A DNA stretch of 64,000 nucleotides, taken from the NCBI GenBank assembly GCA_965637545.1, contig OZ281495.1, positions 23,188,001 through 23,252,000 on the forward strand, given 5' to 3'. This document shows positions 11,822 through 23,021 of the stretch, piece by piece (position 1 is the stretch's first letter; every line of letters starts with the position of its first letter). The notes below the pieces were generated by a model that was not told where the DNA came from, made no database searches, and worked only from the letters and a program-made list of their open reading frames with translations. The translations under genes were made by a program, and so were the position numbers. Source of the DNA: Phallusia mammillata (lineage: Eukaryota).

Positions 11822-14800
11822 AATTGGATAATTGGTTAAAAGTGTTAAGTTAAACTTTATTTTAAACTAAATGCATGGTAAAACCCGGAATTCACTTTTC
11901 TATTTACATGTTTATAAACATACAAAACAAATGCTTGATTAAACGCACCCTATGGCGGTTGTTGCAAACAATCCGCTGAGCACCACTTTTTTGTGTTGAA
12001 CATGAATCTTTCTTTGAACAAAACCAGCGTTTTTGCTGCTACCAAATAATGTAATGGAAGGATGAGCAAATAAAAAAATGAGGTTATCTAAAGTCTTAAC
12101 AAGTACAACTTTCAGAGCTTTTGTTTTGTAATTTCGTAAATGACAAAATTTTATTGCACATGTGATTTCGAATTTATGTCATAATCCAGTGTTTGAATTA
12201 AATCCTTTGATAGTGTCAATCGGCGCCGGCATGTAAGGGAAAGAGGGGGCACTTGCCACCCCTTCAATTTCAATGTATCTCAAATTTAACATAGTTTGTC
12301 GAAAAACCTGATGAATGAGAAAGTATCATGCTCTAAGAAAAGTGAAGATGAGAAAGTCAGGAAAGGCGATTTTAACTATATTGTCTGCTCTATGGTGTTA
12401 TTTCAATAACCCCGTGTCGTTTTTCTGCATTTCGAACAGACAAAATGCATACACGTAAAAACGCGCAATAGGCGCTTTGCTACATGGGATTTTTTATGTC
12501 GTGTTCCAGGTTTTAATTGTACAGCACATAATTTATGCCTATTTACATAATTATTGGATATCGTATGTGTAAAAATTTGCCACCTCAAATCTTCTGCCAG
12601 CACCATGTAGTATCATTTCATGTTTTAGGACGTGATGACGCAATGCGCTAATCATTTTGTTGTCATGAGGCTCAGCAGTCACAGTTGCAAGCTATGTTTT
12701 TAGTATTTAGTGTTTTTTGTAGTATTCCGAAATCAAAATGGTTTATTATTATGCCAAATAGGTGGGAAACACTGCCATATTCAACTGTTAACTTAGTTTT
12801 GGTTCATAATATATTTTTAGTTGAACAAGTGTGTAGGCTATACAGCTGGTAGTTTATGTATTCTACAATCAAATAAACGTAGCAATCGTAGGGTTTGTTG
12901 TTGGATTTTATGAAAGACTTCAAAACCTTTAAAATCTTACAAAACTACAAACATTTTTAGGATTTGGAGCTTAAATCCGTTTTTAATTGTCAATCACCTG
13001 TTGGTAAAAAAGAAAACTCTTTTAATTAACATACACTTTGAAATTGCTTAAAAACTTGCGGTTACGGCCCCCATTTATATATTCACCAACACTTTGCAGT
13101 GTTTCGGTATCATCGAAATGGCGGCACTTGACGAACGCGGAGACTAGCCAGAGAAACATTCCATGGCAGTTCACTTCATGTGCGACCACGCCGTAAGATT
13201 TAGCAAACAGCGATCATTTGAGAGTAAATATTTTGACCGCACGCCACGCCCGGTCCAGTTGGCGACGTCGTATGAAATTCTTCGAAATGCTGATTTATGA
13301 TATTAAACTGGTTTAACGGCAAATTTACGGTTCAAGGTAAGGTCGCGTCGATGTGAAGGTGATTGCTGGTTTCAATTTCGACTGTCAAACTTTTTCAACA
13401 ACATTATTTGTGCGCTGTTCATATTCTGGGCCTACCCTATGTTGTAGAAATTCGATTTTTTCACCAATTCTTATTTGAAAACATGAGCTTTTATTGCAGT
13501 GGTGAAAACGCAAGACAAACTTGTAGTTTTATTTGTGTTTTTCCTGCCAAAATGTCTAACACAGACTAACATAATACATACAAATGGTTCGTTCTTTTTA
13601 AATGAATAACTAGAGCAGTCCGATACATGGGTACATCACTAGGCTACTTTAAATCAAAACACCCGTTATTGCTCTGTGTGATAAATCGGTTATCCTTATT
13701 CGGTGTGTATCAGTTTGATTAGATTTTGGCACTGAAACTGATGCACGACTTTACCACGGAAATCCGTTCATTTGCGATTTCATCTTTTTAAATTCCTTCT
13801 TTAGGCGAATCACCTTTGTCGATTTATTTGCATGATATCACGCAGAATAAAGCCTTTGTCAGCCATCTACCAAATACAAACCGTTGCGTTTCCAATGATG
13901 GGCATTGAGTTTGAATTCAACAGTCCCGCGTGTCACCAAGTGGTACCATATCTCCGTCGCATCGTCTCAACTTCTTGTACGACCACAAACAAACAGATCC
14001 CTGAGAGGTTGATCCTATGCGGTTTAAACAAAGGGATAAGAGCGGTTTGCGATCGCGGTTGTACGTTAAGTAGAGACTGCATGATTGACAGCAAGAATGA
14101 GATGAGTAAGTGACACGCGATGCAATGATTTGCAAGCGCTCATTGACGTAAGGTGCAAGTCACGTTTGGGGTAGGCCTACTCGAGCCAATTTTTTTTGTG
14201 TTTTCGAAGACGTATAGCCAGTTGAGCAAATAACTTTGTGAGTAAATTACAAATAACAACAGCCTCTGTAGATGTGTGAATAAATATTTTACTGTATAAT
14301 AAATGTTTACTATTCTAAAACTTTTATCATCACATGTTTTGGTGGAATTTTTTGATTTAACTATACCCTGTTGCCGAAATGCGCATAAAATTGTATAGTT
14401 ATTTTGTATAGTATAGGTATACCTTGATCATTTAACCTTTATTTTTGTGTCATTATTGGATCGGCTGTGTTTCGTGTTTGCCTCTAGACAGCAAATACCT
14501 TCAGTTTTCAAAATAAGCCTACATCTAAGAATATGCCGTTATAACTAACACACGATAAGCAGTAAAGGGAAATATGGTGGTGTGGTAACCTAAGCGGAAA
14601 ACCCACTAAAACAAATCTGAACAGTGAACATGTAAGTTTTCATGTTTGCACAGCTCTTTGGAAACTCTTGTTTGTTTGTTTTTTGCAAAAAGTTCATCGC
14701 CTTGGGAATCTCCATATTTTATCTAATCTATCCCCATCAGCATATTGTTTACAATTTCAACTTTTTGGAATTTGAAATTCTGCGTAAGACTGTAAAGGTC

Positions 14801-15036
14801 ACAATTGGTTTATAAGCAGCTGCGCACAATGCCCATGCTGTCTTTTATTGAAATCGCGATTGGTGTTTGTTTACATTTAAACCTACTTTGAAACTATAAT
14901 TAATAATGATTTAGATATATTTTTGCACTGTTCCGAACAGACTAAAGATTTTTTTGTATTGTTTATTTTGTCTGTTTCACACAACAGATATATATGCTGC
15001 GTGACAAATTGCTTTACATAGGCATCTGATTCTTAC

Positions 15037-15213
15037 CCGCCAATCAAACTGCAGAGCTGGAGGTTATTCAAGACTGACGTAACAGCATCCGGGCGCGTTT
15101 GATCGAATCGCTTTTTCAAATCAAGAGCAACTCCTCTCAGGCTAATTTTCCGATTAAATCGCGACTGGGTTGCCCGGTAATAACGAGGAATGTCTACAGA
15201 TCCAGTGTGAACC
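15037..15213 (-). CDS. Candidate isolated coding exon (177 nt, phase 2-2), unidentified
   Basis: Acceptor ctctcag| and donor |gtaaga. Fully open frame: VHTGSVDIPRYYRATQSRFNRKISLRGVALDLKKRFDQTRPDAVTSVLNNLQLCSLIG. No partner exons confirmed. Confidence 0.3.
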
Positions 15214-18071
15214 CTGAGAGGTTGCAAAGCAAACCATGTCGCCAATTAAATGTCGTCGTACGATCTGTGATAAAACGACAAACTCGCGTTCCGAAAAGTG
15301 CAGATGCAATACTAGATAACAGGCCAAGTCACGCAAGCACCTTTTTTCATATAATTAAGTTTGCAAAACTTTTCTGAAGTCTAAGTGCGTTATGCAATTT
15401 GCGCCTTGCGCATTTTCGGTAAATCTCATTACGTGTCCAGTCAGGAGTTCATGACCTGTGGGAAAAGTTGAAACGCTCGCGAGGTGCATGTTTTTCTCGA
15501 TGCGCACGGATTTGAAGTGCGTGATAAAAGTCCCGTAAAAATGTTTTTTGCGTGCGCAAAACGATTTTGCAGGTACAAATGTTTTTGCGAAAACAAATAC
15601 GACATTTCGAATGTGAACGTTCGGATCAGTGAGACGCCTGAGCGGATTGTGGTTATACCGCGTAGACTTGGTTCCTGGTTTTCAATCTGTTTAGCTCAGC
15701 ATCAGCAATCTACATAAACGGACTGTTTTAAGTGCATGGTACGATGTTGTTTGATTACGTTATCCAAATGTTCATTCGCCTGCGAGGCGGAAATACGTGT
15801 ATGGGATTGTATTCAAATTTTTAACATGAAAACCAAAAATTTGTTCCAGACGTTTTTTATGTTTGACAGGCTAAACTTTGCGTTGAACCGAAAACGCCAT
15901 TTGTAATTTGAACTTGAGATCAAAATCTCGAGATCGCCTAAGCTTCTACTTACACTTTGCATATATAAAGAGATTATACATTCGCCTAATCTTTCTGTGG
16001 GCGTTTGTCGTTGCTTTTGTTCTGGTCATTAGGGCCTTTTTTTCATTTTTGCCACACGTTTACGCCCAGAGAACAGAAAAAAATAACGTGCCTGAATTAC
16101 GTAAGTTGGTCCGGACGTTGCTTAGCTCATCAACACTACTATTTGTCGGTTAGGCACACTTGCAGGGTATAATTTCTCCAATAACCTAGTTCAAGTACAA
16201 GCAAATTTTATCACCAATGTTCTCCTATGGCGCCATTTTTGTTTGGGGTCAAAAGTAATTGGTAAAAAGAACAGTTTCTTGTTTGTTTAGCGACGATTTG
16301 TTCAGGTCAGCCAACTACCTCATGTGGAAGGGCGGACGAATTTTCATATCAGTCTAACATTTGTATTTGATACAAACATTCCGTGCGAATTTAAAACAGT
16401 AGTACTTTTCTCCTTACCCGCACGCCTGCTGACGAAAAGAGGCAGCCACATCCTTACTAAGTCTCAGAGTTTACTCTTGCTCACACGCTGCTTTCTGCTT
16501 AAACTGCAACTTTGTTACTTCGCTTGTGATGGTATAGGGATTATCCAGGCTCCGTCAAACTAATCGAAAACCACTGTGATGACTTTCATGTTTTCATCGA
16601 ACACAGAAGTTGGCCACTAGTAACTGATTTAGCTTCTCAATTGCGTGCGACGCTAAAAAGATTCTGCAAGCAGGCAAGTTTTGAGGATAAACAATTTACT
16701 ATCAACAATAAAGTTGCGCAAACAACATAAGCAATGTCACCGTAAAAACCGACACCAAACGCGAAACCATAACCTAGTTTGAGTTGAGCTGAATCAATCC
16801 CTAATCAAGCAGCGTATTACAAAGCAAAGAAATGTAGAAAAATTTGGTCGGTCGAAAATGAATCTTATTGTACAAACATGTGGTTTACTTTATTTATGAT
16901 ATTTGTATACGTAAACTCGATACCGCCACCTAGAGCACACGTCCAGAATAAAATAAGCAGCAAGGTGTTAGGTGCTTGACTCACGTCGTCTATTGATTGA
17001 AATTCAGAGCAAGAGGGCTAAGCAGAGTGCCAATGGCCGGAAGTACGTGCATTATTTTACAAGACTTAACAAAACAGATAAAATGAGAACTAAGGGTGCT
17101 ACAATCTAAGTTGTAATATGGTAACATAAGCAAATTTGTGGCGTTTAGAAGATTTCCAATCGTGACAGGACAAGATCAAAAACTTTGTTAGTACACAGCG
17201 CCACCCACCGGGCCGTACAACTCGCACACGCAGCGAGGCCTTTACATTCACTTGTCCGCCACAGTGGTCACATCAACAGTTAACAATTGCACGTTTGTTT
17301 TGTCCCGGTTGTGATGAAAGACACTAAGTGGTCCAACGAAATATATAGCGTAAGATAAAAAGGCTTTTCTGCGTATTAAAAGCGAAAGGCGCTGCTACTA
17401 TTAAGTTCGCTATATTTATAGGTATATAAAAAGAACTAATACAATATAATGTAAATAAGTTACTGGGTACCACAATGAAAAGTTCGTACGCAAGAAAATT
17501 TACATACATGTTCATTTAAGAACATAGTATTAACCTTGATGGTTAAAGGATGTGTATAAAAACATAGACAAACAAAACATTTATCTCTGTGGTTGGGATG
17601 GTCCATTATGCTTAAGTGTTGAATTTGGTACATAGTTGTGCTGTGAACATTCTGTGGTTTTAACCACAGTGCTTTGCACCACACCAAATAACATGTCTAT
17701 GCCTTCACGGTCCCATCACCACGCAAACTTTAAATAAGTAGGCTATTTACTAGAAAGCAATAAGAGTAAAACATGCCTTAGTTTCCTCCTATCGTTATAC
17801 TTTGTGGATGCTTCACTATAGGTTTACATTACTCCAGTTGATTTTGAAACTCTCTGAATTTTGAAAAACAAACTTGGCAAATATAAAACAATACAATTGA
17901 AAGTACACAACATTTTTTAGCAGCGAATGTGCAAAGTTTGACAATTGGAACACTTGAAGTTCCAAAAAACTTCATACACATTCATAAGGATCAAAGTACC
18001 ATTTTTGTAATATCTTACTGATTAAAACCGAATGGATTGGGCCACTTTTGTGCTTTTGACATAAACTCCCA

Positions 18072-21000
18072 TCAGTGGTGAATAGTTGAAGACTGGCCAA
18101 CAGGAAACATTAAGACCTTTGACCTCATAAAGGAAAGTTCTGGAAGTTTCTTCAAGACCTTCTTAGCATCCTCACTGAGGTCATCATCTGTGTCCTTGGG
18201 CTTTTTAGCAGTGGATGACACTCCCAGTGTAGCCAGGATCTTAGATAGAGGGTCCGCTTTTTTAGTAGAAGTTTGATCAGGTGTAACTTCCATGGCTAAC
18301 TCCAGCAACTCTGGATCAATTTTATCTTGTTCTGCATGTGGTGAAAAATATTAACAGAGAGCATAATTTAGCTATACCATTTTCTCTCAGCTAGGTCTTT
18401 CCAATGGGGTTTAAAAGTTGTACAGCTACAAGGGTGGCTTTTCTATTTATTGCCATTCTATGTACATTACGACCACTGTTTTATGATTCAGCATGTATAT
18501 GTACCATAAAATTAAAAATATATCTTACATTTGCCCACATATTTTTAATCATGTCTCCAAGCAGAAACACAGGGATCCCCACACACAAGTATAAGGCCAA
18601 TTATACTTTACTTCCCAACCTAACCACATTTTTTCCAAACTTTTCAATGTCAATACATGAATAAAACAGGAAGATATACAAGGTCTTCATTCTACCTGAT
18701 TTTGAGGTAGCTGAGTTTTGGCTCTTAACAATACTGTTAAGCATATCGAGGTTAAGACTGCTGGCATCGATAATGCCAGTAGCAGCACTGCCATTGGTGA
18801 TGGCTCCCACACTCTGGTGCCCTTCACTACATGCATGAGCACCACTCACTACACCATTACGCTCTATCGTTGCACATGCAAGAGAATAGATAAAGTTAGA
18901 TGAAATCATAAAGCATTCAGCTTGTCAGGAAAAAGAATCTGAAACACTAATATAGATAGTTTTTAGAATGCTATTCTATGCACAGAATTATAAAATAACA
19001 CTAGTATTTGACTACAATGTATACATTAACTGTTGTTTGTACACACTAAAATTGCCCACAATAATTAATTTTGTATGCTAAAAAAGATACTGGGTTATCA
19101 TCTACACCTAAAACTTCCTGTATGATAGAAATTCATTGATGTATAAAATTTGTTTTGATAGACAGTTACCATGGTTTAACACATCATTGATAAAGAATGG
19201 TATCAATGACAATATGAGCTATAAGGCTAGCTATTTCCTCTAGTTATTTACCAGGAAATGCTTTGCATTGTCATAATGATAAAGTATAATACATATATAC
19301 CTGTTTCAACGGCCCATGCTTTATCATCCTTCAAATAAACAGAATGGTGCATTAACAAAAAGTTTGTTTATACATTTAAACTCATATTGACAACTTACAT
19401 CTGGCATATTCTTTTCCTTTGGCGAGACCGCTGTTATTTTTTCTGCTGCTGACATAGGTTTAATAATTTCTTTACCCGGTTCCAGCATACCCTACAAAAA
19501 AGGGAAAAAAGACTACAGCAACAGTTATTCCATGGACACAAGCAAAGGGTATAAAACAGTCACATTCATAAATAAAGTAAAAAAATAAGGCAATCAATTG
19601 TATGCAATTTTGTTTAACAAAGTTTGCACAAAACTTACCAAACCAGCTGCATAATAGTTTGGCACATAGTAAGGCTTGCTTGTCCTTCCAAAAAGCTGTC
19701 AAAAGCATTGAGACTGCTAGATCACCGTTTTAGAATTTACAATCACACAAACAGCACACCCAGGCACATGCATACACACAGTTTTTAACTATATAACACC
19801 ATGCTTTTGTTGTCACTAATCCAAAGGCAAAGTGATTAATGGAACACATAAGATAGATTAGAAATTGTACCATTCTTATGATTGGTTTAGGATCATCATA
19901 CTTGGAAGTAAAAAAATAGTGATAAAAAATTTAAAGGCAATCACTAATTTTTTCTATGTGGGTCTTGGAAACAAAGTGTGTAAATAACACTTACAATGTT
20001 TTGGGTTTTTATTCCGAGCGATGAAAGTAAGTGCTGATGGTGACTGGAATTATTCCAAACAAACTTAAGTGCAATTGCATTGTCAATGTCCTCCAGCAAA
20101 TCCCAAAGATATGAAGCTCTAGAAACAAAAATCATTAAACATTGTAGCTACACAGGATTGTAGAGTTTAATAAAAGTAACTGACATTTTTTTAAACATCT
20201 ATCCATAATTAGAAAACGGTTTGCTAATGCAAAATGAAATGAACCCTTCAGATACCTATGAGAAAGTTTATGTCCAGACTCCGTGTCTATATTTTCAGAA
20301 TCAAAAACTTCCAGCAAATCATCTTCAACTTGTTTGTGAATGGAAGTGATTTCATCTTCAACTATGTCAGGTGTTGAAAATGAAAACCACTTTCCAAAAT
20401 TCACTGATGGGTGTTGCTAAAAAAGGATCATTATGTCAGAATCTATTTTATCCACACTTAATTTCAATTATTAGGGAAAGGCCAGTCTGCAAAATGTGGC
20501 AGTTTGCGACAAGATCTGGGGCATGCAGGACCACTATGTCCCATGTGTGCATAATCTTTAAGTGCATGTGAAAGGCCATTTATGCCAAATACAGTAATAA
20601 ACAGTACCAGGCTGTACTTTATGCCAAATTTCTATGTGCAATCACAAACAATGGGCACAATTTTTGTTATTTACACATGAAGTTGCCATACTTTGCAGAC
20701 TGGGGTAAAAGTATTAGGTAAACAAGTTTAAAACAAGAATGTCATAAATACATAGGGTGCCTGAATGCTTGTTGGTTGAAAAGGGTCAGGTTTCGTTGTG
20801 GAGCTGAAATCTCCAAAGTCATCGTCAGCATTATTAGATGGTGTCGTGCTTGTTTGAAAATCATCAAAGTCCCCGAAGTCACTGTCATCTTCTTTTTGGC
20901 TTGAAGTAGATGCTTCAAATGTTGTGAAAGCTGATTGTTGAAATGATGACTCTGAAAACTCTGCAAACCCTTGTTGTTCATTTTCTAAAGGCACTTCAGT

Positions 21001-22179
21001 AGCACTCGGAAATTCTTGATCTTCAAATGCAGCAAATTCACAGCTTGCATTATTAACCTCAGGTACCTTCGTTTTTAAAGGTTCAGGTAGTGTAAATGCA
21101 GAAAAACTAATGTTGTTTGAACCTGAAGCAGTAGTATCTACATTTGCTGTACTTGATGGCTTATCAAAGCTAGCAAAATCTGCAAACTCATCTTCATCGT
21201 CAGATTCACTATTGTGGTGTAATGTCACAGATTCATTATTTTCCTCGCTAGACTGTGACTTTGAGGAGTTTATCCTATTACTTAAGTCCAAAGTTATTCC
21301 TTCGTTTTCACAAGGCAAAACAACTTGAGGTTCTTCATCCAATGTTGTCATAGATTCCACCTCAGTTGGGATGTCAGTTTTATAATTTTCATTAGCATTG
21401 GTAGTTTTCATTGCCATGTCTGACAAATCGTTAGCAGAATAAAATTTCTCCGATAGTTCTGTATTTGAAGAATCAGTTTTGACAATGTCAGAGTCATTTT
21501 TGAGATCTTGTTCAGTAGTGTTATGTTCATAGTTTGTTTCGTCTGATGATTCATTGAATTTGTTCATTTCTATAACTGGACCCTCCTTTTGCTCTGACTC
21601 TGGCAAATCTGGTTGTGATTCTTCATATTCACTCCCTGATGAGCTTTGTGTTCCATTTGAAACATTAGACTCAGTGTTGGTTTGTTTCAGACCAAACTCC
21701 TCGTTTTGTGGCATACCACAATTTTCTTGAAGATTGTTCTCACTTTCCACAGATTCATCAAAATTATTTTGAAATGAGGTTAAGTCTGAAAAATCTGATT
21801 TTTCAAGCGGGGGAACAATTCCATTTTTAGCTGAATTGGCAATAGGCTCAGTAATGTGGTTATCAGTCTTAGGAGGTTTGTGATCATTAAAAAACAGACC
21901 TGGGGCTTGAGTATAATTACCAGGTTCTGGGAATAATATTGTTTCATTCTGATGATCATTTTTGAACGTATCTTCACCATTTTTAAAATGAGCTATTTTA
22001 ACTGGTGAGTCTAAAGGAGAGTCCCTCACTTCAGGTAAAGGACAGTCTGTAAAGTCTTCACTAGTTTCGGTGACCCAATGGTTTTGTGCCGCTGCAAAAT
22101 CAGTGAAGTCATCCTCCTCATCATCAAAATCGAGTGGAGGAGGAGTGGTTGAAATGATGGGGAAAATGTGATCAGTCAT
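18072..22179 (-). CDS. AFTPH: Aftiphilin (AP-1/clathrin accessory protein), 8 exons, about 763 aa
   Basis: Exons 22179-20752, 20416-20256, 20118-19995, 19900-19871, 19491-19399, 19328-19301, 18863-18696 and 18331-18072; all GT-AG and phase-concordant. N-terminus STTPPPLD. Repeated acidic FxxF gamma-ear motifs (DDFTDF, DEFADFASF, DFGDFDDF, DDFGDF). Conserved WDLLEDIDNAIALKFVWNNSSHHQHLLSSLGIKTQNI and GMLEP blocks. C-terminal LPELSFMRSKVLMFP. Confidence 0.93.
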
Positions 22180-23021
22180 TTTTGTGAAAAATTAACACAG
22201 AATCTTAACAAATTATGTTATGCCATACTATTTCCATGCAGATGCTGGACCTTTAAAGAATAATTAACTTTTAAATCTCTTTATTTTAAAGACCATAAAC
22301 TAAACTTGAAAATACTAGGATCCAGTGCGCAGTGGCCACAGGCATACAAGAGTAGGTTGTTCGTTTAAAAAACAACTTTCTTTTAAAAACTCACGTTTTA
22401 TGATATGCGAAAGTTGCTTTCAAACAGCTACTTTACACAAACCTTTCCTTCCAATTCCAACCAAGTACAAAAATTAAACTATTCGTAAACAAGAATAGAT
22501 TCACATTTCACAATTGTACATACATTATCGTAGACTGGGTCATATTGTTCTTGCAATTGTACGCTTCGTTGCTCAAGTGTTTCCGAATAAAAATTCTGGG
22601 GAGACGTTAAACCACAGGACACGGTTGGACAATTCGTTCAATTTTTGTATGTGTGGCTATCCTCAAACAATCCCTGAGAGCTCTTAATGTAGCGAATTGG
22701 CAAAAAATCTACTTACTAGCATGATAACTTCGAAGTTTTGTGCCGAAAAGATTTTGGTTTCGGGCAAAACTGAAAATATTTTTTGTTGCCGACACCTTGA
22801 CATTTAACAAAACAACTTTGTTAACGATCATTAAATTAACTTGCAATCCTAATCTATGCAACTGGTTGTTTGTTTCGACTTGCATGTAGCCTACATAAAA
22901 ATCTTATCATACTACTGCGCATCGTATTTTGTACAAGCAAGTAAATCAAATCAAATATGCAGAAAATGCAACAAAATATAAAATCCACTATCCAACATGT
23001 AGCATCTTCAACGTTTGTTCT

